DNA from: Longimicrobiales bacterium
GTDB taxonomy: Bacteria; Gemmatimonadota; Gemmatimonadetes; Longimicrobiales; Gaopeijiaceae
Assembly (NCBI GenBank): GCA_965218295.1
Contig: CBDCKN010000003.1
Location: 64,001 to 128,000 of the forward strand
Direction of reading: 5' to 3'
DNA: 64,000 bases
Part shown: positions 40,582 through 50,965 of the stretch, piece after piece
Layout: every line of letters starts with the position of its first letter
Numbering within the stretch: the first letter of the stretch is position 1
The notes under the pieces: model-generated
What the model saw: only the letters and a program-made list of their open reading frames with translations
The model's database searches: none
Told to the model about the DNA's origin: nothing
Made by a program: the position numbers and the translations under genes

Positions 40582-43029
40582 TCACTCGTACCGAAGCGCC
40601 GTCATGGGATCGACGCTCGTGGCACGCCGTGCCGGGATCCAGCTCGCCAGGAAACCGATGGAGAGGATCACTCCGAATACGGTGGCGAAGACCGACACGT
40701 CGCGGGGGTCCACCTGGAACATGATGATGGCGATCACGGTCGAGACTCCCCACGCCATGGCCATTCCGATGACGAGGCCGATCGCCATCTGGGCGACACC
40801 CTGTTTGAAGATCAATATGACCACATCCCGCGCGCCAGCACCCAGGGCCATGCGGATCCCCATCTCCTGGGCCCGTCGACTCACCGAGAAGGAGAGCACG
40901 CCGTAGAGCCCCACGGACGCCATGAAGAGCGCGGCCACACCGAAGACGATGAAGATGGTGCCGAACACACTGTAGAACCAACTGCTACGATGAATCACTT
41001 CAGCCCCGCTCCTGACGTTATAGATGGGCAAATCGGGGTCAAGGCCCCGCACGGCGTTGCGCACGTCGGCGGTCATTCCCATGGGTGGGCCCGCCGTCGG
41101 GACCGCCGTGATGGTCAGGAAGCTCGGGTCTGACTGGGCGACGGGGGTGTAGTAACCGGCTGGATCCGATCCCGGCTGGCCCGGCGGACTGAAACCCTCC
41201 ATCTGTAGATCACCGACGACGCCGATGACGCTCATCCAGGGGATCGTGTCTGCGGTTGCGGTGCGGAAACGGCGGCCCAGTGCGCCCTCTCCCGGCCAGA
41301 AGCGATCCGAGAAGGACTCGTTCACGATGGCGACCCGCTCTGTGTCCAACGTGTTCGCGGCGGCAAAGTCCACACCTTGCAGGAGCCCGACCCCAATCAT
41401 GTCGAAAAAGCCCGGCGTGACCCTCGCGTTGTGAACCTGCGGGCGGTCACTGTCAGCCTCGTAGACCTCGCCCTCGAGTCGGACTGGGACGATACCGGTG
41501 CCACTTCCCGGAGCGGAGGTCGTCAACCCAGCAGCCCGGACAGCCGGCAGCCCCTCGAGACTGCGAAGCAAGTCGTCGAAGAACTGCTGGCGATCCTCGC
41601 GATCCGGATAGTCGGTCTGGAAGAGTCCAACCCTCGCCGTGAAGATTCCATCCGGATCGAAAGCGTACTCCTGCCGGCTGAGCTGTACCATGCTCTTCGT
41701 CACCAGGCCCGCGGCCACCAGTAGGGCACAGGACAGGGCGACCTCGCCAATCACCAGGACCTTCGAGAGTCGGCCCAGGTGGAAGCTGGACGATCCACGC
41801 GATTCGTCCTTGAGCACACCGTTGACGTCTGCCTTCGCCACCTGGAGCGCTGGAGCCGCCCCGGCCGCCAGAGCCGTCAGACCCGTCAAGCCTACCACGA
41901 ATAGGAGGATCGGCAGATCCAACTGGAATTGCATGAAGTAGGGCCGACCGGTGACCGCGCCAGCCGTGGCACTGTCGAAGAGCCCCACGGCGTAGTACGC
42001 GATCCCGATTCCCAGGAGCGCTCCCCCGAGGGCAAGCACCAACGCCTCCGAGAAGAACGGCACCATGACCCGGAAACGGCCTGCGCCCATGGCGACCCGG
42101 ACGGCCGCCTCCTTGACCCTGAGTGCGGCCCGGGCCAGGAGGAGGTTGGCGACATTGGCGCAGGCTACGAGCAAGACGAGGAGGACGGCCACCATCATGG
42201 CCGTGAAGATCGTCCTGATGGGTCCCTGCGAATCGGACTGGGCCCAGGTGAGGAGCTCGATGGTCATGCCTTCGTTCGTGTCGGGATGCTCCCGCTCGAG
42301 CTGCCGGGCCGCGTTCACGAGCTCGAGCGAAGCCTGATCCCAGGTCGTTCCGTCTAGGAGTCGTCCGAAGACGGCGTAGAACCTGCCCTGTCCCCGGTCG
42401 GACTCAAGGGGATCGTCGTCCATGGTGATCCAGATCTGATGATTGGACGGCCACAGGAAGCCCTCGGGCATGACGCCAACGACCGTGCCCTGTTCGCCGT
42501 TTATTCTGAGCACCTCACCCAGCACACCGGGATCTCCACCGTAACGATTCTGCCATATCTCATATCCCAGGAGCACCGTCGGGGCCGAGCCGGGCGTGTC
42601 CTCACCGGGCCGAAAGGCCCGTCCCAGGATGGGCTGCACACGAAGCAGGTCGAAGGTGTTGGCGGTGACGAAGGACCCGGCGTAGCGCTCGGGACCCTCG
42701 CTGCCGCTCACGTTGACGGTCGAGGTCCGATAGGCTGCCAACCCCTCGAACGAGGTCTGCCGCTCTCGATAGTCTGCGAAGTCCTGGCTCGAGATCGCGA
42801 GCCCCCGTCCCTGTAGGCCCGGTCTACTGGTGTCGACACGCCAGATCGTCGCGACTCGATCCTCCTGGGGAATGTCGAGCCCGCGGAGGAACACCCCGTA
42901 CACCAGGGAGAACATGAACGTCGACAGGCCGATCCCCAGGGATAGCACCACCAGCGAGATGATGGCCGAACCCGGCTTCCTGGCCAGAGCACGAGCACCG
43001 AACCTGAGATCCTTGATCAAGCTTCCCAT
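40582..43029 (-). CDS. ADOP-type duplicated MacB/FtsX ABC permease
   Basis: DLRFGARAL, LLVACANVANLLLAR, VRVAMGAGR, GLYGVLSFSV, EMGIRMALGA, PARRATSVDPM. Confidence 0.93.
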   Translation of the reverse strand: MGSLIKDLRFGARALARKPGSAIISLVVLSLGIGLSTFMFSLVYGVFLRGLDIPQEDRVATIWRVDTSRPGLQGRGLAISSQDFADYRERQTSFEGLAAYRTSTVNVSGSEGPERYAGSFVTANTFDLLRVQPILGRAFRPGEDTPGSAPTVLLGYEIWQNRYGGDPGVLGEVLRINGEQGTVVGVMPEGFLWPSNHQIWITMDDDPLESDRGQGRFYAVFGRLLDGTTWDQASLELVNAARQLEREHPDTNEGMTIELLTWAQSDSQGPIRTIFTAMMVAVLLVLLVACANVANLLLARAALRVKEAAVRVAMGAGRFRVMVPFFSEALVLALGGALLGIGIAYYAVGLFDSATAGAVTGRPYFMQFQLDLPILLFVVGLTGLTALAAGAAPALQVAKADVNGVLKDESRGSSSFHLGRLSKVLVIGEVALSCALLVAAGLVTKSMVQLSRQEYAFDPDGIFTARVGLFQTDYPDREDRQQFFDDLLRSLEGLPAVRAAGLTTSAPGSGTGIVPVRLEGEVYEADSDRPQVHNARVTPGFFDMIGVGLLQGVDFAAANTLDTERVAIVNESFSDRFWPGEGALGRRFRTATADTIPWMSVIGVVGDLQMEGFSPPGQPGSDPAGYYTPVAQSDPSFLTITAVPTAGPPMGMTADVRNAVRGLDPDLPIYNVRSGAEVIHRSSWFYSVFGTIFIVFGVAALFMASVGLYGVLSFSVSRRAQEMGIRMALGAGARDVVILIFKQGVAQMAIGLVIGMAMAWGVSTVIAIIMFQVDPRDVSVFATVFGVILSIGFLASWIPARRATSVDPMTALRYE

Positions 43030-43164
43030 CTCCACACCACAACAAGACGAACTCAAGCGGTAGGAAGTTTCAGCCGCTGTCGGGAAAGCCCCGCTTCGAG
43101 TCCTTGCGTCGACCGTCTTCAGTTCGGCAAATTAAGGGGTCACCGCCACACCGCCGGAAGGAGG

Positions 43165-43743
43165 ATGAGAATGTTCCGGCCCACGCTCCTGTCGCTCGCG
43201 GCACTCTCGACCATTCTGTTCCTCGCTGCACCGGCCTCGTCCCAAGACGTCCAGCTCAGCATCGCTGCGGGCTGGTACAATCCGGGCGGAGACGACTTCG
43301 ATGACACCGACCCCGGACCCGGGTTCGACGCCGTTGCTCTGTTCTCGGTCGCGCCGAGGTTCCGGGTGGGAGGCGGTGTGCAGTGGAACGTCCACGACGT
43401 GGACTTTTCCACAGACAACTACCAGGTAATCTCCCTTTTCGCCGAGCCCCGCTTGGAGCTGGCGGCCCCGACGAACGACTTACGGCCCTTCGTGGCGGGC
43501 CGAGTTGGCTGGGTGAGAAAGACCATCGACGTGACTGCCGGAAGCCGGACTGCGAACGGTATCGGAGTGGGAGGCTTGGCAGGGCTCGGCTACCAGGTGT
43601 CATCCACCTTGGCGTTGGAGGCCGCAGTGACGGCCTATTACCTGTCCTTCGGGGATTTCGAGCTGGAGGGACAGACGCTCGCGAACACCGACAGCACGCG
43701 GAACGTTCTGGGTCTTCGACTGGCCCTGGTCCTGAGCCCCTAG
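43165..43743 (+). CDS. Outer-membrane beta-barrel protein
   Basis: AAGGAGG RBS; signal peptide; 8-strand-like amphipathic pattern. Confidence 0.8.
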   Translation: MRMFRPTLLSLAALSTILFLAAPASSQDVQLSIAAGWYNPGGDDFDDTDPGPGFDAVALFSVAPRFRVGGGVQWNVHDVDFSTDNYQVISLFAEPRLELAAPTNDLRPFVAGRVGWVRKTIDVTAGSRTANGIGVGGLAGLGYQVSSTLALEAAVTAYYLSFGDFELEGQTLANTDSTRNVLGLRLALVLSP

Positions 43744-43813
43744 CGCGCCCCGGCATGAGTACGGTTAGCGCCAACTAACGGTGGCCCGGACCCCGAGGGG
43801 GCCCGGGCTGCGC

Positions 43814-44284
43814 TCAACGCTTCGCGTAGACGGCTGTTCTCCCACTCGTGTCGAACGCGATCACGTCGTACGGCTGGGCCGGCTGACCGGGGACCTCCAT
43901 ACCGGGGCTTCCGACGACCATGCCCGGAACGGCCAGGCCCGCGATATCCGGCTTCTCGTCCAGCATCTTCTGGACGAGATCCGCGGGCACGTGACCCTCG
44001 ACGACGTAGCCGCCCACTAGAGCCGTGTGGCACGACCCGAGATTGGCCGAGATGCCGTGCTCCGCCTTGATGGCCTGCAGATCGGTCAGGTCATGGACTT
44101 CGAGCTCGAAGCCGGCGGCCCGCATGTGGTCCACCCAAGCGCCGCAGCAACCGCAGGACGGGTTCTTGTAAACGGTGACGACGCCGGCCTTGGCCGCTGA
44201 AGGCGTATACCACGACAAAAGCCCGGCGACCAGCAGCGCGAAAACGCCACCCCCGACCAGTGCCGCGATCCTCTTCTTCATCAT
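43814..44284 (-). CDS. DUF411 / CopG-like periplasmic metal-binding protein
   Basis: PSCGCCGAW, SCHTA, VEGHVP, GLAVPGMVVGSPGM. Confidence 0.92.
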   Translation of the reverse strand: MMKKRIAALVGGGVFALLVAGLLSWYTPSAAKAGVVTVYKNPSCGCCGAWVDHMRAAGFELEVHDLTDLQAIKAEHGISANLGSCHTALVGGYVVEGHVPADLVQKMLDEKPDIAGLAVPGMVVGSPGMEVPGQPAQPYDVIAFDTSGRTAVYAKR

Positions 44285-44505
44285 GAGATCTCTCCTCACC
44301 AGAAGAATCTGGTGCGAGTGTCCCTGTGGACATGGAGGTAACGGCCGAATTCTAGCGAGGTGCTCGGACATTACCAATAGCGGGCTCGGTGGGTCTCGCC
44401 ACCTCCGTCGAGGCCGTGAGGGCGGGCCGGACATTTGCCTTAACCGTGACCGGGTGCTCAAATTCCGCCCGAGAGCGGCGACTTTTTCGCGACCGATACG
44501 AATGC

Positions 44506-45786
44506 ATGGCTGACCAAGAGCGTCAAACTCAACTCCAGGCCGAGCTGGCCCCCGACTTCCAGATCGTACGTCTTCTGGGAGAGGGTTCCGTGGCTCACGT
44601 GTACCTCGCCAGAGAAGAGGATCTCAGGCGCATGGTGGCCATCAAGGTCATGAAGGCCGAGCTCGCCGGAGACGAGACCGCACGGAAGCGCTTCGAGAGG
44701 GAAGCTCGGTCCGCAGCCAAGATCCACCACAACAACGTGGCCGCGGTGCACCGCGTGGGTACCCTGGACGACGAGACGCCGTTCATCATCATGGAGTACA
44801 TCGAGGGACGGAATCTCGCGGACGCCCTGCAGGCGGAGGGCGTGATGGAGATCGAGCAGGCGTGTCACGTCCTGAGCCAGGTGGCCTCCGCGTTGGCGGC
44901 GGCGCACGAGAGTGGCATCGTCCACCGTGACGTGAAACCCACCAACGTGGTTCGGGAGCGAGACTCCGACCGCGTCGTCCTTACCGACTTCGGGATCGCC
45001 GGCATCCTCGAGACGGGAGCGGACAGCGTCACCCGGCTTATGCAGCAGGGGCAGCTCCTGGGGGATCCTCGCTACATGAGCCCGGAGCAGCTATTGGGTG
45101 ATCCCCTCACCGACGAGTCGGACGTGTACAGCCTTGGGATCCTCGCATATGAGGTCCTCACGCTTCAGCACGCCTACGGGGCCACGTCGAAGGTGCAGAT
45201 CGCAACGGCCCATCTGGAGAAGGAGCCCATACCGCTGCTGGAGCTGCGTCCCGACGCCGACCCGCATCTGGGGGAGCTCCTTGCTCGCTGTCTGGCGAAG
45301 AACCCCATGCACCGACCCCGGGCATCGGAGGTGGCCAAGGCCCTGGAGCACATCGTGGAGGAGCCCCGTGCGGAGCCGCCGAGAGCAGAGCCTGGACCGT
45401 CCGGCGGTGAGAGGCTGCCGGCCGCCTTCGAGAACCTGCCCGCCCTCCAGAGATTCCTGGGCGAGCTGGGGCGGCGCCACGTCTACCACGTAATGGTGTT
45501 CTACATCGTCGTGGCGGCCGGCATCCTCGGTGTGGCGTCGGATTCAATCGAGTCACTTCCGGTCCCCGAGAACACACAACAGGTCCTGGTCGCCCTGGCC
45601 CTCGGCGGTTTCCCGGTGGCGCTCGTGATCTCCTGGATGTTCGACATCACGCGCAAGGGGGTCCGACGGACCGAGTCCGTGGTGCCCAAGGGTGAGCGTG
45701 CAAAGATGCGGGCCCTGCAGCTCGCGTCCCTGATCGCCGCGCTGATTCTCGCCGGACTGATCGCCTGGTGGGTGCTGCGCGGGTAG
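44506..45786 (+). CDS. Ser/Thr protein kinase with C-terminal 3-TM module
   Basis: LGEGSVA, VAIK, HRDVKPTN, DFG, YMSPEQ, SDVYSLG. Confidence 0.93.
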   Translation: MADQERQTQLQAELAPDFQIVRLLGEGSVAHVYLAREEDLRRMVAIKVMKAELAGDETARKRFEREARSAAKIHHNNVAAVHRVGTLDDETPFIIMEYIEGRNLADALQAEGVMEIEQACHVLSQVASALAAAHESGIVHRDVKPTNVVRERDSDRVVLTDFGIAGILETGADSVTRLMQQGQLLGDPRYMSPEQLLGDPLTDESDVYSLGILAYEVLTLQHAYGATSKVQIATAHLEKEPIPLLELRPDADPHLGELLARCLAKNPMHRPRASEVAKALEHIVEEPRAEPPRAEPGPSGGERLPAAFENLPALQRFLGELGRRHVYHVMVFYIVVAAGILGVASDSIESLPVPENTQQVLVALALGGFPVALVISWMFDITRKGVRRTESVVPKGERAKMRALQLASLIAALILAGLIAWWVLRG

Positions 45787-45851
45787 CGACCGACTGCGAT
45801 CTGGAGCCAAAACGACAACCCAGCGGAGAATCTCATGAAACGGGAAATCTC

Positions 45852-46058
45852 ATGAATAAGTCATTGGCGATCACTGGAATGTCCTGTGAACACTGCGTGA
45901 GCCAAGTGAAGTCGGCCCTGGAGGGGATGGAAGGCGTGACCCGAGCAGAGGTGTCGTTGGAAGAAAGTCAGGCCGACGTTACCCTTTCGGCGGATGTACC
46001 GGACGCTGACCTCGCGGCGGCGGTCGAGACCGCGGGCTATCACGCCGAGGCCCGCTAG
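45852..46058 (+). CDS. Heavy-metal-associated domain chaperone (CopZ-like)
   Basis: GMSCEHC ... AVETAGY. Confidence 0.9.
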   Translation: MNKSLAITGMSCEHCVSQVKSALEGMEGVTRAEVSLEESQADVTLSADVPDADLAAAVETAGYHAEAR

Positions 46059-46065
46059 TGTCGGA

Positions 46066-46488
46066 ATGACAGCGCTCACTCGGACCCTCGAGCTACAGAC
46101 GGAGGGCGACGATCACATCCTGGACTTGACCGCCGACCTTCAAGCGTTGGTCGGGGACAGCGGGATCACCACGGGACAGCTCACGGCGATGGTTGTCGGC
46201 TCCACGGCCGCCCTGACCACCGTGGAGTACGAGCCAGGACTGGTGGGCCACGACATTGCTGCGGTGCTAGAGCGCATCGCCCCACGGGACGGCCGTTACG
46301 AGCACGAGAAGATGTGGCACGACGACAACGGTCACAGCCACGTGCGGGCGAGCCTCATCGGGCCTTCCCTGGCCCTTCCCATCGTCCAGAGCTCCCTGCC
46401 CCTCGGCACCTGGCAACAGGTGGTTCTGGTGGACTTGGACACGCGGCCCAGGCATCGGCGGATCGTGGTCAACCTCGTCGGGGAGTGA
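46066..46488 (+). CDS. YjbQ/UPF0047 family protein
   Basis: GSTAALTTVEYE, DNGHSHVRASL, LGTWQQ. Confidence 0.9.
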   Translation: MTALTRTLELQTEGDDHILDLTADLQALVGDSGITTGQLTAMVVGSTAALTTVEYEPGLVGHDIAAVLERIAPRDGRYEHEKMWHDDNGHSHVRASLIGPSLALPIVQSSLPLGTWQQVVLVDLDTRPRHRRIVVNLVGE

Positions 46489-46495
46489 GCACCGC

Positions 46496-49019
46496 TTGAG
46501 GTCCGCCGGCAAGGTCGGGCTGAGCGCGGCGCTGCTCGCGGCCGGCCTGTACGTCGGTGCAAAGCCAGTGGGACCCATCCCCGCTCTCGGTCGCTTCCTC
46601 GACCCCGTAGGGGGCGTCTGGTCCAGCGCCCGGGGCGCCACCTTGCCCGCTGCGGTCACGCATACGGTACCGAGCCTCTCGGGAGAGGTGCGGATCGTCT
46701 ACGACGACAGGCGGGTCCCCCACATCTTCGCGGAAACCGTGGAGGACGTGGTCCGCGGCCTTGGATACGCCGTGGCCCGCGATCGCCTCTTTCAGCTAGA
46801 GCTCCAGACGCGAGCCACCGCCGGCACGTTGACGGAGCTCGTGGGTGAGGCCGCGCTGCCGGCGGATCGGCGATCCAGGCAGCTGGCTCTCGCCTGGTCG
46901 GCGGAGCGGGACTACGCGAGAATGGAGCCCAGGTCGGACCTGACCATCTATCTCGAGGCCTACTCCGACGGCGTTAACGCGTGGATGCGTGAGATGTCCC
47001 TGTCGGAGGTCCCACTGGAGTATCACCTGCTCGGCCGGACGCCCATGGCCTGGCAACCGCAGTACTCCCTGTACGTGCTCAAGCGTATGGGCTGGACACT
47101 GGCGTTGATCAATACCGAGCGCCGAAAGAACGCCGCGGCGGCGCTGGTGGGTCGGGAGGCGGCCGACGGACTCTTCCCGGTGAACGCGCCGATCCAGGAG
47201 CCGATCCAGCCGCACGGATTGCGGCAAGCCCGTTTCGACCCGGTGACACTGCCAGCGCCGGGCGAGCCGGCTCCCGGCATGATCGTGCAGCTGGAGACCC
47301 TTCAGGCGTTCCTGGGTCCCATGGACGACGCCGGAGCCGGCTCGGGTGAGACGGTTCTGGGCTCCAACAACTGGGCCATCGGTCCCTCACGGTCGGCCGA
47401 GGGACACGCCATTCTCGCTGGCGATCCCCACCTCGATCTCACCTTGCCCAGCATCTGGTACGAGGCTCATCTCGTGGTTCCGGGAGAGCTGGACGTCTAC
47501 GGCGTGACCGTCCCGGGCACCCCCACCATCACCATCGGCTTCAACCGCGACGTGGCCTGGAGCTTCACCAATACCGGGTCCGACGTGATGGATCTCTACC
47601 GCGAGACGGTCGACAACGCCGACCGTCCCGGGAGTTATCGGCTGGACGGCGAGTGGCGCCCGCTCGAGCGGCGCATCGAGACCTATCGGGCGAAGGACGG
47701 GTCCGTGCTCGCGGTCGACACGATCCTGCACACGCACCGGGGTCCCGTGAGCCGCGCCTCCGGTGAGTACGTCTCCCTCCGCTGGACTGTGCTGGAGGAC
47801 CAGGGCGAGCTCGTGTCGCTGCTCGGCGTCAACCGCGCCGGCTCGGTGGAGGAGTGGCTTGTCAGCCATGGAGGCCTGGGTTGCACCGACCCAGAACGGC
47901 CTGGTGGCCGACCGACAGGGGAACATCGCCATCCGGTCCTCGGGTCGATACCCGATACGACCGGCCGGTGCCCGCGGAGACTGGGTGTTTGACGGCTCGA
48001 CTTCGAGCAACGATTGGCAAGGCTGGTATCCGGTGTCGAGCTACCCGGGGGCCGTGAATCCAGCCCAGGGCTACCTCGCCTCGAACAACCAGCAGCCGGT
48101 TGACCCGAGCTACGACGACAGGTTCCTGGGAGCCAACTGGCCGTCGCCATGGCGAGCCATGCGGATCAACCAACTGCTCCGTGCCGACTCCGTCTTCACA
48201 GCGGCGGATCTGGCCCGATTCCAGACCGACCCCGGGAGCCCCCGAGCGGATGTGTTCGTGGAGGCGTTCCTCCAGGCGGCGGGTCGGAGCTCAGAGACGC
48301 CGGCATCCACCGGTGGAAGCAGCGGGAGCTCGGACGGGGGCGGCTCTCCGGTCGCGGAAGCCGCCCGGCTCCTGGCCGAGTGGGATCGACGCTACACTAA
48401 GGACAACACCCGTGCCGCTTTGTTCGAGCTGGCCATGAACGAGTTGGCGCGCCGAACCTGGGACGAGCTCACGGAGAGTAGCGGCCGGCGGGTCGCGACT
48501 CCGAGAACCGCCATCCTCGCCACCCTCCTTGCGGACCCGGCAAGCGCTTGGTGGGACGATCTCTCCACCCCGAACGTCGTGGAGTTACGAGACGACATTC
48601 TCTCAGCCTCGCTGGCGGCCGCCCTCACCGCAGCCCGGGATGCCTACGGTCCCGAGTCGGAGGACGGCTGGCTGTGGAGCCGGGTGGGCAGGGCCAACGT
48701 CGTCCACTTCCTCGGGATTTCCGCTTTCTCGGCCCTGGATCTCCCGATTCGCGGAGGGCCCGAGACGTTGAATTCCAACTCGGGCAACGGTAGGGACGGT
48801 GCCAGCTGGCGCATGGTCGTGGAGCTCGGCGACGAGGTCGAGGCGCGAGGTACCTACCCGGGGGGACAGTCCGGACATCCTCTGAGCCCCGACTACAGGG
48901 ACCGGCTCGACGACTGGGTCGAAGGGGAGCTCCAGCCGCTCCGGTTCCCCGAGAGCGCGGAGGAGCTCGCCAAGCTCTCACGGTCCCAGGCGACCCTTCG
49001 CCGGAGCCCTCGACGATGA
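46496..49019 (+). CDS. Penicillin acylase family (S45 Ntn hydrolase); +1 frameshift at 47859-47860
   Basis: VPHIFA, DRLFQLE, GSNNW nucleophile, DPHL, then TQN, SNNQQP, WRAMRI, ASWRMVVEL, PGGQSG in the second frame. Confidence 0.9.
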
Positions 49020-49345
49020 TGGTCGTCCTACTCGCTGGTGCGATGGCGCTGGGCACGGCCCTTCTCGGGTGGTGGGCGGTCCCCCTGCTGGGGCTGATCT
49101 ACGGGGCTTGTCGGGGAACAGAGAGGGGCACAGCCGTGGCAGCAACCAGCGCGCTCTTGGGATGGAGCGTCCTCATGGCATGGAATTGGATGGAGGGCCC
49201 CGTGGCGGAGCTTTCGGGATCCCTCGGTGCCGTCATTGGATTACCGGGCTGGTCGCTACTCCTGGCGACTGCGCTGTTCCCGGCCGTCCTGGCCGGGACC
49301 GCAGCTGTGGTGGGCGCCGCCATCGGGCGGGTTAGATCTTCTTGA
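49016..49345 (+). CDS. Small membrane protein
   Basis: ATGA overlap with the acylase stop; 3-4 hydrophobic segments. Confidence 0.7.
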   Translation: MMVVLLAGAMALGTALLGWWAVPLLGLIYGACRGTERGTAVAATSALLGWSVLMAWNWMEGPVAELSGSLGAVIGLPGWSLLLATALFPAVLAGTAAVVGAAIGRVRSS

Positions 49346-49518
49346 GAATCCAGCTCAGCACTACCCGAGCGATCCTCCGGAGGATGGTCATCATGCCGTC
49401 GTCCGGCTCCGATAAGGGTTCTCGTTCTTTCGTGCTACCCCCCTACGCATGTGACACCTGAGGGGTTTCCGTTCGCACAGTTGGACCATCCGAGTGGGCA
49501 AAAAGTTGCTCTCGGGCG

Positions 49519-50755
49519 TCAACTCGTGGCGTCATCCCCCGGCACGCAATCCATGGCGGCGTTCCGTTCCACGACCACCGTGTACGCACCTTTTTCGTCG
49601 ACTCGAATCTCGATGTCGCCGTGAACGTTGGTACAGTAGGTCTCACTATCGGCCCGCGCCAAGAGAACGCCCAACGCCCGAATCCTAGGGTGACTCTTCC
49701 CGTTGGCACTGATGATCTGCAGCCTGGGGCTAGAGTGGCTCAGCCAACTCGACGTGCCCGAAGAGCCGCTGTCGAACACGGCGTCGTTGGCGCCGTGATG
49801 ACCCACCTTCAGGGCGACAACTCCCTGAGTCAGGTCGGCGAATTGGTTCCGCCAACGCAGGTTGGCTTCGACCTCTCCGTCTCCGGCGAAGAACATCGTG
49901 AACCCACCCCTGGTCAGAGCGGTGCCGAGAGAGCCGTCGTTCAGCTCGCTGCTGCCTGCATCCGGGTCCGCCAGGTCGGCGGTCCGCGGCGGAATGATCC
50001 GCAGGTTGGAGGCGCCCGAGAACCCCAGGGCGATGTCGACCATCTCGGACGCGACCGTTACCTGGCCGGCCCGGGACGCCGCCAGCGAGAGTAGCTCGTT
50101 GTAGCGCGAGAAGCTCCTGACCTGGCCGTTGTTATAGAACGTACGGACGTGCACATCCCTGAGGATGTCCGGCATGCCGTCGAAGTGATCGGTGTGGGCG
50201 TGCGTCAGGAGCAATGCCTCGAGCGTGTCGACTCCCAGCGCGGCCAGCCTCCCTTGAACGAAGTCCAGGTCGGTGCCGTCCACCCCGGGTCCGGCGTCGA
50301 TCATCATGTGCCGCTGTCCAGCGGGCCGTGGAGTCGGACAGGAGGATGGCGTCCCCGCCTCCACCCGAACTGTTGTCGCCGAGGTCGAAAACCCGGATGA
50401 CGAGGACGCTTCCTCCGGCGAGTCGGATCTCGAAGCTCACCACCGACTGGGAGGTCGATACTCCGTTCTGGGCTTCCACCCGTAGGACGTAGCTCCCTGG
50501 GTCGGATACGGTGCTCCCCGAAAAGAAGGAGATCCCGTTCAGGGTCGCCGCATAAGTCCCCACGCTCACCGAGATGGTGATCGAAACCGGCCCCTCGACA
50601 ACGGCCCCGTCCGACACTCCCTGAACGGTGATCACAGGCGCCTGCGGTTCCGGTGCGGTGCCGTCGCTCCCGCCGCACCCGGCGGCCAACGCCGCAGCAA
50701 TCATCAAGGCAGCCACGTGGCCCTGCGATGTCGAGTTGGGAGTGCGTGAGAACAT
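49519..50755 (-). CDS. ComEC/Rec2-like metallo-beta-lactamase-fold lipoprotein with N-terminal Ig-like domain; +1 frameshift at 50323-50325
   Basis: Lipobox AAGC, GDAILL, then IDAG, THAHTDH, NDGS, AGD, KVGHHG, HP. Confidence 0.85.
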
Positions 50756-50965
50756 GATCGATGGAGGTGCTCGTCTCGCGCCGGACAGGTCCTCCGGCGC
50801 ACGAAGAGGAAGGTAGGACCGGGGCCGGAATCCGCCTAGACGTAACAGTTCCGCAACCCCGGTTGCTCTTCGACCGACCCCGCCCCACATTGGAATCCCG
50901 TCTCTCGTCCAAACCTCTGAGTACCTTAGGAGCACCGCTGCTACCGCTGACCCAGGAGCGGTTCG

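Noticed and set aside
11166..50325. Programmed ribosomal frameshifting or phase variation at the split genes
   Set aside because: The sites are 2-3 nt runs without slippery heptamers or long homopolymers, in unrelated genes.
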